This document shows, piece by piece, positions 9,688 to 23,254 of a stretch of 34,901 nucleotides of DNA. Positions within the stretch are counted from its first letter, which is position 1. Every line of letters begins with the position of its first letter. Source of the stretch: Octopus bimaculoides (Eukaryota); the NCBI RefSeq assembly GCF_001194135.2, contig NC_068983.1, positions 67,984,032 to 68,018,932 of the forward strand, in the 5' to 3' direction. The notes beneath the pieces are model-generated. The model was not told the origin of the DNA and searched no databases. It worked only from the letters and a program-made list of their open reading frames with translations. The position numbers were made by a program, and so were the translations under genes.

Positions 9688-10447
9688 AAGGACAAAACAG
9701 AACAAAACGTTGAATAAAGGATTCAAAATTAGTATATAACTTAATGGACTACTATATACGTATTTATTAAAACTCAAAACTGATTATTGCCAGGGGTTCT
9801 TTCATTTCTTCTTTCACTTTATCCAATGTGATCAACTTTTGTGAGTGTAGGGGTGCGCGCCTACTCGCAAAATACTATTACATATTGTCTCATAGCAATA
9901 TATATGTGTGTATATGCGCACGTGTGTTTATTTTGAGCACACATACATATATACATACAAATCGCATACACACACACACACACACAAAAACTGATCTTTA
10001 CTTGTCCACTATATTACTGAGAAGCACCGAAATACCGAAATAGTCAAACAATGGCGTATAGAAAAGTGATTGCTCGAACTGCCTTGTTAGACTATTTAAT
10101 GAAATGCTAACTGAATTATGCTTTATGAAACGAATAGGATGAAAGGAAACAAATACCTAAATTGATTGAAGTAGCGGCTGTAATAGAGTTAATAAACAAA
10201 GAAAAAAGCAGCTGAAAGATAGAACATAAAAACAATTATGAGTTTTAATTACAGTAACGCAATTCTTCGACTAGAAATGAATTTCTATGTTGGAGCGTGT
10301 TCATTTTTATTTTATCTATTTATTTACTATTTGCTGGTGTTCTTATTGAGTGACTCCCTACCAACACGTGTTTCGCCTTGCGGTCTGTCCGCCCCCTTCC
10401 CAACTATTTCCCTCTTTCCTTTCACCCGTTCTGTCCCTTATTCTTTT

Positions 10448-10450
<3 letters not shown>

Positions 10451-10503
<53 letters not shown>
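10451..10503. repeat. (CT)n microsatellite running into a gap
   Basis: Direct reading. Confidence 0.95.
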
Positions 10504-10993
10504 NNNNNNNNNNNNNNNNNNNNNNNNNNNNNNNNNNNNNNNNNNNNNNNNNNNNNNNNNNNNNNNNNNNNNNNNNNNNNNNNNNNNNNNNNNNNNNNNN
10601 NNNNNNNNNNNNNNNNNNNNNNNNNNNNNNNNNNNNNNNNNNNNNNNNNNNNNNNNNNNNNNNNNNNNNNNNNNNNNNNNNNNNNNNNNNNNNNNNNNNN
10701 NNNNNNNNNNNNNNNNNNNNNNNNNNNNNNNNNNNNNNNNNNNNNNNNNNNNNNNNCTATGAAAGTATAAAAGAATGTACAATTATTGATAAAACATCGA
10801 TGCTTTCAGTAGCATATTTTGAATGAAGAAACAAGATACAGTATATTCTTCGTAAAACGTGCAACGTTTAGCTGCCACTTCAGTGTGTTACCATATTCTC
10901 CGTAAAAATGTGTGTGTGTGTGTGCGCGCGCGTGTGTATGTACAGACCCAACTGTTGTCTATATTCAGAGCTATTTTTATATTCTTTTTTACT

Positions 10994-11136
10994 CTAGGCA
11001 CAAGGCCCGAAATTTTTGGGGACGGGGGGGGCAGTCTATTAGATCGACCTCAGTATACAACTGGTACTTAATTTATCGACCCCGAAAGAATGAAAAGCAA
11101 AGTCGACCTCGGCAGAATTTCAACTCAGAACGTAAG
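10994..11136 (-). mobile_element. SINE family C, 5'-truncated
   Basis: ctaggcacaaggcccgaaattt..tcgaccccgaaagaatgaaaagcaaagtcgacctcggcagaatttcaactcagaacg; matches the other C copies. Confidence 0.85.
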
Positions 11137-11324
11137 GAGCTATTTTTATATTGTACTATGATTAAGGATTTCACTAAGCAGGAAAATCCGATTTTCATAA
11201 ATAGCGCTTTGTTAACAGTTCAATTAATTAGTCAATTATGGATTCGCTAAGATGTATGTTTGTGATAAACGTACGATAGAGTATTACAGATTTAATACAA
11301 ATCTTATACGTCACTACAATATCT

Positions 11325-11394
11325 ACTTAAATACACCAGATGTAAATATAAATATCCACTTAAATACACCAGATGTAAATATAAATATCCACTT
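11325..11394 (+). repeat. Perfect 33-bp tandem duplication
   Basis: acttaaatacaccagatgtaaatataaatatcc occurs twice (11325-11357 and 11358-11390). Confidence 0.95.
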
Positions 11395-11922
11395 TAAGTT
11401 TAAATTCTTCCGAGGTAAATTAAAAGGCAGTACAAATACTAAGAGTAGTTATGTGAAAGACATGGGGTGGACGCCCGCATAGTGTCCATCTTATCCATGA
11501 TAACCATTTCTACACAATCGCAGATGAATATTATGATGGTCGAGGATCTAGTAGATTAATAGACAATGATACAAGATCACAATGAATAATCCATACTGAT
11601 ATGCCTACATACACACTTTCATTTATACATGGGCGTACGTATGCATTTATGGAAGTACACATATTTGTATGTATGTGCGTATATGTGTATGTGAGCGAAG
11701 ATGTTCACGCGACATTTCGTGTGAGAAAGTTATGCTATTAAAGAGTTATTCATGAGATATCACTAATAAAATAACTACATAACAGACTGACGTATTGGAG
11801 GCTTAAAATCCCTTATAGTTAATTTCCTATTTCCACAAGTAATGTATGCCAAAACATTCGGATTATTTATCGCAGCTCATACTTCCATAAATTCATACAT
11901 GCCTCATATAAGTACAGACAGA

Positions 11923-12244
<322 letters not shown>

Positions 12245-13179
12245 GCATGCAAATAGATAGATCATAAATATAACATTTATCTATGTCCTTATTATGCAAG
12301 TGCAATGTATGGAGTCTAGGGGTGTATCTATAAACCAAAACTCCTAACTCGGAAATTATCCCCACTTTACCATCATCTCGCATAATTTTCTTCGCATTAC
12401 TCACCCGTCTTTTCTTTGCTTGCAAACGTGTTGTTGTTTCCCCATCGTTAATTAATTTACACTATACTGATAGCCCTTTCTACCACTACTTATCAAACTA
12501 GTCACTTCTCTAACACATCTCACGCCGCCCTTTACACCAACCAATTCCCTGTCAGTCCACTTCCTTCACAATCTACACCTCAATTCCTACATTCTCTGCA
12601 ACCACCAAACGTCTACAATTGTATCTGCCATTTAACCTATTTACTTTTTTCTCTTCCTTCAGAAGTAACATTACTATACTACTCTATGAAAGCTCCTTTG
12701 CCCTAAAATTTAGACAATTTGCATTCTTCACAAGAAGTAAATTTACCAATTACCAATTACCAAAGTTTAATGAACCTTTTAATTTCAGCTGTTACCCCCA
12801 ATACTTTTAATGTGATTAATGTGTTTTGTCTCCCGAACTCAAACTATTATATCAATCCCATTATGAAAGTGTCAAAATGGTGTCCGTGTTAATGGCTGCA
12901 CCTTTGGGTGCTAACGATAACACATCTATTATTATAAACCTCCTAAGATGTAAACCGATAATCATAGCTGTGCATATATCTAGATGACTGAAGTAGGTTA
13001 GTGCAAAATGCTAACTTTTAAAAATGAATTAACTGATTTTACTTCAGGATTCAGTCTAAGACCCAATATCTCACCAACCGAAGGAAGGGCTTTTGCGTGT
13101 TATTCAAAAAATGTTTGTAGAATATCACATCTCATGTTCTGTTTATTTTAATTTATCTTTATTAATCTCAGAATTAAGT

Positions 13180-14260
13180 TAATCTCTGCTGTTCCAAAAC
13201 AAACAATTAGAACTAGGTCCATTACAGATTCAACAAGATTTACAGGATTTATATGACGGAGCAGATTATTTGCAGTATATCTAAATTCGATATGTTGCCA
13301 ATAGTCCCCTTTTTCAGCAAAAATAAATAAAATGTCACAGAAAATCAGTTTCTGTCTTATAAACCCAAGGTCATGTTTGGGATTACAGGTATATGCTCAT
13401 TCAGGGACATATGATCATTCAGTACCTTGTAAAATGAATTGCAAACATATCTCATACAAAACTAATTCCTCGGAGTATTAATATTTTCTAAGTGAACAAT
13501 GGCTTGAATGGTTAACGAATCGGAAAAATGTTTAATAGCATTTCTTCCTGCTCTTTACGTTTTGAGTTCAAATTCCAGAGGCCGACTTAGCCTTTCATTG
13601 TTTCGGAGTTGATAAACTAAGTTACAAATGACACGGGGAGCCAATATTTGAAACCAATATTATTTCATGTAAAATAACACGTCATATGGAAAATTACAAC
13701 ACATACATATTCACCCCTGAAACACTCCTACTTCGTCTCATTAGTTTGAAATTGTAATTTGTCACTGAAAAAACATCCTGGGCCATCTGAATTTTTCAGC
13801 GATTATAGAAGTTAAACTATGGAAGACTGGCTTAAAAGTCATGTTTATTGACCAAACATCTACTAAACAAATTTACACGTAATCTTTTGTTCGTTGCCCA
13901 TCGAATTTTAAGTACTATACCAGGTATGCAGTTGCAAGAGTTAAAGAAATCCTGTTAATTATGGCCATTTCTTCAGAGGACACTTGGTATTTAGATTAAG
14001 CCTCGTAATACAGCCACAGATTATAAAACCTATTTGGATATTTAGAAGTTGCCTACCCATAAAATCATGTTTGATTGCAAAAAGATGGTTGCAAGTTATA
14101 ATGTTTCATCAAAATCATATTTAAAAGCGATATTGCGGATTTATACATCGGAGAAACCTCCAGGTTACTGCAAATTTTGGTCGAAATGGCCGCATTGTAG
14201 CCCTACAAGAGGCAAATCGGTATCGAACTATATAACATTGATATTTGTACATTTGTAAAC
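13180..14260 (+). pseudogene. Possible highly decayed Penelope-like RT plus GIY-YIG remnant
   Basis: Broken frames in the expected order: IRYVAN (RYVDD-like), LWKTGLKVMFIDQ, LWPFLQ, KLPTHKIMFDCKK, DLYIGETSRLL (GIY-YIG YIGET motif at ~14140-14170). Only the last is a strong motif. Confidence 0.33.
13505..13625 (+). mobile_element. SINE family C, degenerate fragment
   Basis: tttacgttttgagttcaaattcc..gacttagcctttcattgtttcggagttgataaactaagt. Confidence 0.65.
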
Positions 14261-14289
14261 TGTTCTCGGTTTATATATAAATTGAACTA

Positions 14290-14476
14290 GACGTCGAGCT
14301 GACAGAGCTGATATGACACCGAGGAAATGCTCCTAAGCATTTCTTCCGACTTTTACTTTCTGAGTTCAAATTCTGCTGAGATCGACTTTGCCTTTCATCC
14401 TTTTGGGGGTCGATAGAATAAGAACTAATTAAGCAATAGAGCCGATGTAATTGACTAACTCCTTCCCTACAAAAAT
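14290..14476 (+). mobile_element. SINE family C, near full length, diverged
   Basis: gagctgacagag head, B-box gagttcaaattc, central ctttgcctttcatccttttgggggtcgatagaataag. Confidence 0.75.
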
Positions 14477-14764
14477 ACAAAAGATTATAAAATACACTTC
14501 TTGTTTTTCATCTCCATCAATTATTTTTGACAGCATATTCAGACTTTTGGCCATAACTGTAAATATATGTATTTGTTGTTGACTCTGTGTGCGTGTGTGT
14601 GTGTGCATGCGTGTATGTGTATGTGCGCCTACATACACATAAACCTACATATAATCTTATTTATTTGGCTGCTACTCAGTGGTATGGAATCTACGTTGAA
14701 TCTGTTCGCTAGCCAATATCACTTCAAAAAATATGTGCTTCGTATTAATTATTTCAGTAACCGC

Positions 14765-14767
<3 letters not shown>

Positions 14768-14815
<48 letters not shown>

Positions 14816-14818
14816 GTG
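14768..14818. repeat. (TG)n microsatellite running into a gap
   Basis: Direct reading. Confidence 0.95.
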
Positions 14819-15691
14819 NNNNNNNNNNNNNNNNNNNNNNNNNNNNNNNNNNNNNNNNNNNNNNNNNNNNNNNNNNNNNNNNNNNNNNNNNNNNNNNNNN
14901 NNNNNNNNNNNNNNNNNNNNNNNNNNNNNNNNNNNNNNNNNNNNNNNNNNNNNNNNNNNNNNNNNNNNNNNNNNNNNNNNNNNNNNNNNNNNNNNNNNNN
15001 NNNNNNNNNNNNNNNNNNNNNNNNNNNNNNNNNNNNNNNNNNNNNNNNNNNNNNNNNNNNNNNNNNNNNNNNNNNNNNNNNNNNNNNNNNNNNNNNNNNN
15101 NNNNNNNNNNNNNNNNNNNNNNNNNNNNNNNNNNNNNNNNNNNNNNNNNNNNNNNNNNNNNNNNNNNNNNNNNNNNNNNNNNNNNNNNNNNNNNNNNNNN
15201 NNNNNNNNNNNNNNNNNNNNNNNNNNNNNNNNNNNNNNNNNNNNNNNNNNNNNNNNNNNNNNNNNNNNNNNNNNNNNNNNNNNNNNNNNNNNNNNNNNNN
15301 NNNNNNNNNNNNNNNNNNNNNNNNNNNNNNNNNNNNNNNNNNNNNNNNNNNNNNNNNNNNNNNNNNNNNNNNNNNNNNNNNNNNNNNNNNNNNNNNNNNN
15401 NNNNNNNNNNNNNNNNNNNNNNNNNNNNNNNNNNNNNNNNNNNNNNNNNNNNNNNNNNNNNNNNNNNNNNNNNNNNNNNNNNNNNNNNNNNNNNNNNNNN
15501 NNNNNNNNNNNNNNNNNNNNNNNNNNNNNNNNNNNNNNNNNNNNNNNNNNNNNNNNNNNNNNNNNNNNNNNNNNNNNNNNNNNNNNNNNNNNNNNNNNNN
15601 NNNNNNNNNNNNNNNNNNNNNNNNNNNNNNNNNNNNNNNNNNNNNNNNNNNNNNNNNNNNNNNNNNNNNNNNNNNNNNNNNNNNNNNNNNN

Positions 15692-15940
15692 GGTGGCGAA
15701 CCCTGCTGTACTCTTTCACCACAACTTTCTCTCACTCTTACTTCCTGTTTCTGTTGTGTCTGTAATTCAAAGGGTCAGCCTTGTCACACTGTGTCACGCT
15801 GAATATCCCCGAGAGCTACATTAAGGGTACACGTGTCTGTGGAGTGCTCAGCCACTTGCACGTTAATTTCACGAGCAGGCTGTTCCGTTGATCGAATCGA
15901 CTGGAACCCTCGACGTCGTAAGCGACGGAGTGCCAACAAC
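15692..15940 (+). mobile_element. SINE family A, 3' two-thirds (5' part in the gap)
   Basis: Near-identical to 19545-19791; ends ggagtgccaacaac. Confidence 0.92.
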
Positions 15941-16241
15941 TGTAAGATTTAGCTGCTATTTCAGTAATACGTGTAACTAGTGAGTACAAACATAGATAAT
16001 GAGATGATGTATTCTTATACATCTTCTAAAATAAAAAAAACCGGCGTGGACACAGTTGGAATGTCTTTGGTCATAGATCTGGTCGACAAAATTTGACCTG
16101 TGAATGAACAACAACTGTATGCTTAATAGGATTTAATATGTTTTGCAAGTTTCTAATCTTGGGTCAGTTCTTTGTCAAAAAAACAGAATAAATTTAGATA
16201 ATCTTTAATACACAGGAGCAGGAGTGGCTGTGTGGTAAGTA

Positions 16242-16563
16242 TAGGCGCAGGAGTGGCTGTGTAGTAAGTAGCTTGCTTACCAACCACATGGTTCCCGGTT
16301 CATTCCCACTGCGTGGCACCTTGAGCAAGTGTCTTCTACTATAGCCTCGGGCCGACCAAAGCCTTGTGAGTGGATTTGGTAGACGGAAACTGAAAGAAGC
16401 CTGTCGTATATATGTNNNNNNNNNNNNNNNNNNNNNNNNNNNNNNNNNNNNNNNNNNNNNNNNNNNNNNNNNNNNNNNNNNNNNNNNNNNNNNNNNNNNN
16501 NNNNNNNNNNNNNNNNNNNNNNNNNNNNNNNNNNNNNNNNNNNNNNNNNNNNNNNNNNNNNNN

Positions 16564-16598
<35 letters not shown>

Positions 16599-16810
16599 GT
16601 ATATGTTTGTGTGTCTGTGTTAATCCCCCCAGCATCGCTTGACAACCGATGCTGGTGTGTTTACGTCCCCGTAACTTAGCGGTTCGGCAAAAAGAGACCG
16701 ATAGAATAAGTACTAGGCTTCCAAAGAATAAGTCCTGGAGTCGATCTGCTCGACTAAAGGCGGTGCTCCAGCATGGCCGCAGTCAAAGGACTGAAATAAG
16801 TAAAAGAGTA
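16242..16810 (+). mobile_element. tRNA-derived SINE family B, full length with an internal (TA/TG)n tract
   Basis: A-box tggctgtgtagt, B-box ggttcattccc, centre ccttgagcaagtgtcttc, 3' ggcggtgctccagcatggccgcagtc..aagtaaaagag. Internal gap. Confidence 0.9.
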
Positions 16811-17827
16811 CACAAATCGTTATTTTACATATTTTGTTTTTAAGGAAATCTAATGAAAAAGAAAAAAATATTATGTGGCACCGGGATTTGAATCCACAAA
16901 TAACAGCTATTTGAAATACAAGGTGATGTTAGCTAGAAAGCGAGGGTGGATATTGTGTAATTACTGAGACAAATACTACCTCATCAGTCATCTACCAAAA
17001 GGACTTACTAATGAGACAGGGATATACAACTGACAAGGATATATTATTGACAATCTTCGATGGTAATATGCTTATTGTTCTTATTGCTGTTATTAGTGGG
17101 GGGGGGGACTTAGTGTCCGTGATAGTTGTAGTGATAGCCGTTGCGATATTGGTGGTGGTACCGACGTAAGTATTGGTTGTCGTATTGTTTGTGCTCATAT
17201 TTGCTAGTAATATATATATGGTGATAATATTGGTGGTAGTGGTATTGATGGTGGTGATGGTATTAGCATATTAGCATATTTAATGCATAGAACATTACAA
17301 AAAAATCTAAGCTTGAAATAAATACATGAAGGGGGAGGGAAACAATGACATTAGTCGTTTATTATTCTGCATTACTACTCGATAGATGAAAAACCAGCTA
17401 ATGCAAAAGACAAAAAAAAAAAAAGAGTTCTCCCGTAGTTGCCAGAAAAACATTAGTCATCGGCTAAAATTTTTTTTCTCGTCACTTATCTATGTCTAGT
17501 TCAAATTTGTAATATTCAATACATTTAAATACATGAGCATTAACTAAAACGAAAGATAATTTGCAAGTCAGCAGTTTTGCTGATTTTGCTTCTTAAGAAA
17601 TTAATAGCATTTTAGCATAAGAAATGCTAATGACTGTTAGTTTCGATTGCTCGTAAGAGGATTTACTGTTCTTAGACATTCGTGTTAAATGTAGCGATCT
17701 GAATCGGTGTTCTGCATTAAATAGAGGAATGTATGGTTTGGTAACGTCAAGCATATGTCTTTACTATGTCTTTTGAAAGTGTGGGGCTGGGACATGAAGA
17801 GGTTTGTGTTATATTGACTTCAAGCTT

Positions 17828-17996
17828 TGGAATAGCAATTTCGGGAGAGAGGGTAAGTCGATTACATCGACCCATGTACTCAACTGGTACTTATTTTATT
17901 GACCCAGTCAACCTTTGAACTCAGAACGCAAAGTCGGAAAAAATACCGCTAAGCATTTTCTCCGGTACAGTAACGATTCTGCCAGCTCAACGCCGT
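17828..17996 (-). mobile_element. SINE family C with an internal deletion
   Basis: gtcgattacatcgaccc..caactggtacttattttattgaccc..gaactcagaacg..accgctaagcatttt..acgattctgccagctc. Confidence 0.8.
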
Positions 17997-19408
17997 AGAC
18001 ATGTGTTATATTACTTCGGTTGAGCTTTATATTTGTGATAAGTATTAGCTAATTTTGAGTTTTGTGTATTCGGTAGCGGTGACATGATTAACCGAAGACG
18101 CTGCTGAATGCAATAATGACTTCAGACGATTTTATTTTGGATGTTTAGTAAAAGAGTAGACTCCAATGGAAATAAGTAGTGCTCTTACGTCGGCAATGGT
18201 TCAAACAGTGGAATATTTTTTACTGTCGAGAAGAAAAGAAATTTTGCGTTTCAGATGTCTGTCTTTCTTCCGGAAAAGAGATAAAATTACAAAAAAATGT
18301 AATTTTAAATAAGAAACACGACAAAAAGAAAAAACGCCCTGAATTTTAAATTCTTGGAACTTAACTGTCAGTTGCTCTTCTGTTGTCTGTAGAGTGAAAG
18401 GTAAATTTCGTAACCAATGTTGAATGTGTGTGTGTGCAGTTTTGGTAATTGATTTTGGAAATTTTTATGAGATTTATTGCTGTGAGAAGATAGGTATATC
18501 ATTTGATGTAATTTTGACATATGTGACCCTGTTGATGTTGATTAGGAAATACGTTATGTGGTATAGCATTGCTTGTTTTGTAATTTATATTGCATAAAAA
18601 TGTTTACTAATTGTTCGCTTTTCTTTAGTTTATTTTCTTTTTTATTTCTTTGTTTAGTTACTTTATGAATGGTTTTGCTTTAGTTCTGCTTGTGCTGATG
18701 TGATCTGTGGGGCTATACCTACATTTTATCGGATGGGCTATTCTTTAGTATAATTGGGCTCACTAGACAAACAGTCAGACAGATGATCCCTGCCCTCTAC
18801 TAGGAAAACACTGCATACTCCAACATGTAGTGGTTAATCGTATGAGGTGCAGTGTGACAATCTCGATTTACAGTTTGTGATTCATATTTGATTCTCCACT
18901 CACTCCAGTCTATTCATATATACCTGTAAATTCTGATAGTAGCTACAAGACGGGTAAAGTGTACTCATTTAGAGTTCCACAGTTGTTGGTCCTATACACA
19001 TACCATTGGAGATGAGTATCTTAGTATCGTTTCTGACATTAATGAGATCACTGATGCAGATGTTATTTTTCTATATACACCTGGATTTTTAACGTTTATT
19101 GGGCTGAGATGGTGGTGGTGGTGGAACTCAGTTATAACCAAAAGTATAACATCTCCCTTGGTAATAGGTATGTTCAGTCAGGAATAACAACATCATTTAT
19201 TTTCAGATGCTTCATCTAAGAATTCCTTATTCAACGTTTTGTTGTGTCTGGGGAAAGTCATAGTCTTAATGCCTTATTATCTAACACACTCACCGGTTCG
19301 GTTTCCACTCATTTACTATTTATATTTTTTTCCTCCAAAATTTTCGTTGCTTTTGCAACCTTGTCAATGGATGTTGATTTATATTCAATGTGTTCTAATT
19401 TATTGACC

Positions 19409-19791
19409 GTGGAGGCGCAATGGTCCAGTGGTTAGGGCAGCGGACTCGCGATCATAGGATCGCGGTTTCGATTCCCAGACCGGGCGTTGTGAGTGTTTAT
19501 TGAGCAAAAACACCTAAAAGCTCCACGAGGCTCCGGCAGGGGATGGTGGCGAACCCTGCTGTACTCTTTCACCACAACTTTCTCTCACTCTTACTACCTG
19601 TTTCTGTTGTGCCTGTAATTCAAAGGGTCAGCCTTGTCACCCTGTGTCATGCTGAATATCTCCGAGAGCTACGTTAAGGGTACACGTGTCTGTGGAGTGC
19701 TCAGCCACTTGCACGTTAATTTCACGAGCAGGCTGTTCCGTTGATCGGATCAACTGGAACCCTCGACGTTGTAACCGACGGAGTGCCAACA
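19409..19791 (+). mobile_element. tRNA-derived SINE family A, full length
   Basis: Head gtggaggcgcaatggtccagtggttagggcagcggactcgcgatcataggatcgcggtttcgattcccagacc with A and B boxes; tail ends ggagtgccaaca. Confidence 0.93.
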
Positions 19792-19859
19792 GATAAGGTG
19801 ACTGTGTCGTGTTGCTTTGTGGCATTGATGGTGTTGATACGTGGGCTGTTGTTCTCGTC

Positions 19860-20630
19860 GTTGTTGTGGTGGTGGTGGTGGTGGTGGTAATATTTCTGCT
19901 GCTTTGTGAGACGCTATAATAACGTCGGTGCATTTTGTAAATTACTGAGAATGGTATTGGTGGTAGCGGTAAATGGTGACAGTTTTGAAACAATAGTAGA
20001 AGTGGGTCATTTCAGTTATGGTGTAAATAACGGTGAAGGTAGTAGTGGTGAGAGTGATGACGGTGCCAATTGGAATTACAGTAGGAAACTAGTAAAGGTG
20101 AGATATTGACAGTGGCATTGATGGTATTGGTGGTGATGGCGGTGGTGGTAGTTGGGGTGGTGATGGTGGTGCTCATGGTGATAGTGGGGTGGGGGTTATG
20201 GTGGTGGTGATCGTGGTGGTGATGATGATGGTAGTAGTGCTGGTGGTGGTGGTGGTGGTGGTGATGGTGATTGTGGTGGTATTATGGTGGTAATGTTGTT
20301 TAAGTGTTATGACGTTAGTGTTAATGTTCGTAATGGTGCCAGTAGAAATGGTAGTGGTGGTAGTTCTGATATAGATATTAGTGTTAATGTTTAGTCGTGG
20401 TGATGATAATGATGCTGATGTTAATACTCGTTTTCGGTTAGTAGTAAGTGCTGCTGTTGGTAGTGGTAGTTAGTGGTGTTGCTGTGGTGGTAGTGTTAGT
20501 GGTGTTGGTGATAATGTTGATGTTAGGGTTTGTGTCTTTTCATTTCTATCGAGGGTGATGGTGGTGGTGGTAGTGGTGGTTTTGGCGGTGGTGGTGGTGG
20601 TAGTGGTGGTAGTGGTGGTGGTGGTGCGAA
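19860..20630. repeat. Degenerate (GGT/GAT/AGT)n low-complexity tract
   Basis: Direct reading; source of the poly-T/P/G pseudo-ORFs. Confidence 0.8.
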
Positions 20631-21069
20631 AGTGGGGGATGGTTGTGTTGTAGTGCGGATTAATAATGGTAGTCGTCGTGAGTATGGCAGAGACAGTGTG
20701 GGCTGTGAATGTGGGATTGTAGGGGAGTGGCATAAAAGGAACGGTTTGGTGGGAAACAGGGTGGTGCTGCTGAACTCTGCTTCACTGCGAATGTTTCTTC
20801 GTTTCGGCTGAAATGTTGAAAGCAAATAAACAACTTTTATATAAACATGTTGTGCTCTCAATCATGGAGCAATGATCTAACCCCAGACCACCACTCAACA
20901 TTTTCAATCACACCTACACCCACTACCATCACCCCACCCCATTCTTCCAACCCTTACTATGTATCCTTTTTTATTTTTGCGCCACGTTATTTTTAATTTT
21001 AATTTTCTTTAATTGCAAACGTAAATAAGATAACCTTAACCTATATTGAATTCTAAAGGTTGACTCCTT

Positions 21070-21500
21070 AACAACAGTGGCAACAACAACAACAAAAAGT
21101 ATCAGCAACAACAACAACAACAATAGCGACTACGACAACAGAAGCAGTAACGACAGCCTTAACGACAGCAACAACCACAGAAGCAGCTATAGAAATAGAA
21201 GCAGAAATCAATAGCAACAAGAAATTTGGGCAAAACGTTAACAGCAACAAGTACAGGAATTGTAACAAGAAATGCTAGAACAACGAGAGCAACCGACAGC
21301 TGCAACGACAACAGTTGCAACGACAGCAGCAAAACAACAACAGCAACAACAGTTGAAAAAAACGATGCATTGCAACATCTCTTGGCAGAAACGTAAATAA
21401 CAAAATCTTATTTCAACGAAAACTAAAAACACTAATAACAAAATTGTAACCAAAAGATGAGTAACAAGATGAACAAGAATAACAAACGCAACAGAAGCAA
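21070..21500. repeat. Degenerate (CAA/CAG)n low-complexity tract
   Basis: Direct reading. Confidence 0.8.
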
Positions 21501-21574
21501 AAATATTGTTTTGAACTTTAACCTAAGTCTAAAAATATAGAGAAAATAATATAATCGGTTGAATCGAATCCAGT

Positions 21575-21700
21575 ATGTAATCGGTATCTGTTCTATCGAG
21601 AGCCGGAAGTGATAAATGACAAAATGAATCCCAGCAGAATTTGAACTGAGATACATCACGAAATACAGCAAGGCTTTTTGCTCATGAACTTTACACCATT
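21575..21700 (-). mobile_element. SINE family C, very degenerate
   Basis: ttctatcgagagccggaag..cagcagaatttgaactgaga..gaaatacagcaaggctttt. Confidence 0.45.
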
Positions 21701-22446
21701 GGAAGAAGACTGCTGTACTACATGCACCACGACTCTGCATAAAGAACACAAAATTAACGCATTCAAATTTGCAACAAATACTAAACTTCGTATTCTCTCT
21801 CGTGACCTTTCATATTGACCTCACACACATGACCTTTTAAAACTGAATTAAAGGATTTCTCTAAGGGTCAATGCACAAGTCTTCATCTTTAATCAACTAC
21901 TTACTTTCTAAAAATCTCGTATGTAGCCCAGAATATAGTGCTGCCACGCATAGCACCTGTAACATATACGAATATTCTAAACCTGATATGAAAAAAAAAA
22001 CAGAAGTTAACCGGCTGTTTGTCAAAGATTTACTCACTAATACGTACAACCAGTGAATGTGTCACAGACTTTTAATGTTCTTCTCACTATCTCTTTACCA
22101 CTAGGATATATTTCTGCTCCTCCGAATTAGCAGCTTGTGTATCACTTCTTAAACTCGCCTGATACACTCTCTTCACCTCCGTTTCTCGTCTCTAGTGTTC
22201 ATTCTTCCAAATATATCCTTCCTCCTCATAACTGCTTCCCTCAAAAGTCCGCTCCACGCTCACATTTTACCTAGTCATCAGCTTAAATAAGTTCAAACTG
22301 AGCGTTGACTGCATCAGCCTCATTAGTCTGAGAAAGCGTGCAATAATATGGGTGCATCACCTCTTCCTCAGGCTAAATGACCAAAAACAAAATCGGCTAC
22401 GTCACTGCATTCAGACACATTAGAAATAGTGTTGTCAGCTTTTGCC

Positions 22447-22587
22447 AGAAGGCCAGCAATTTAGAAGGTGGAATTAAGTCAATTACATCGACCCCAGTGT
22501 TCAACTGGTACTTATTTTATCGATACCGAGAGGACGAAAGGTAAAGTTTTTCTCGGCGTGCTAACGATTCTGCCTGCTACCCGCCTT
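22447..22587 (-). mobile_element. SINE family C with an internal deletion
   Basis: aggccagcaattt..ttacatcgaccccagtgttcaactggtacttattttatcga..ggcgtgctaacgattctgcc. Confidence 0.8.
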
Positions 22588-22649
22588 AGACACGTTAAAA
22601 TTATTAACATAGAATCAACAAAAATAGTAACACAATAAAAATGAACCAA

Positions 22650-23047
22650 CGTCGCTGGAAATGTCAAAAATAGCAATCAAATCTCCCCCGAATAAAATCG
22701 TCTTTAAAAAATGAACATAACACGTTCCAGAATGTTGACCTAAAAACAGGAGGATGGGAAGAGAAGTGCATTTGATCATTGTTCACTCTCTCGTGATCGA
22801 CATGGAACTAAAGAACAACAACATGAACTATAAAATGGTCGATCCAACGAAGAAACATTTACATGGTCACTTGATCTGCAAGTAACAGTAGCCAAGTCTC
22901 TCTTAAATCACGCACGAACATTTTAGAAGAAAAAGGAAGAACACTCCTACATACAATACTCCTGAAAAGAAGGGGTTATCACAGCTTCAACACCTTTGAT
23001 CATAGGGCTGTTCAATCAGGGCTGACCTGGGGTTAAATAATAACAAC
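22650..23047 (+). mobile_element. Two tandem copies of short repeat family F ending in (CAA)n (about 22650-22822 and 22837-23047)
   Basis: Shared aaatagca..caaatctc start and ctttgatcatagg..atcagggctgacctgggg..aacaac end, also seen at 24160-24262 and 31915-32098. Confidence 0.6.
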
Positions 23048-23254
23048 AGCAATGAATAGGATAACAGCAACAAGAACAACTAGATTACTTAAGTACTCAA
23101 CTAGCAAAAGTAACAACATCACCAATAGCAACAGAAACATCAACAGTCAAAGGAATATTATTAACAACAACGGAGACGACGACAGTGACAGACATATCAG
23201 TAGCAACAAAAGAACAATAATCACAAAATTACAACACCAGTATTAGCAACAATG

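Noticed and set aside
14567-15824. 300-400 aa ORFs in the track (also 7672-8439, 10238-10826 and 26174-27304)
   Set aside because: They are open only because they run through N-gaps and dinucleotide repeats.
18933-19187. ~80-codon open frame on + (..FHSCWSYTHTIGDEYL..) ending near a good donor ag|gtatgt at ~19167
   Set aside because: No recognisable homology, it includes a (TGG)n-derived poly-Trp, and no partner exons were found. Needs RNA-seq.
19409-19490. tRNA gene calls at SINE heads
   Set aside because: A and B boxes are present but the acceptor stems do not close and each continues into a SINE body.
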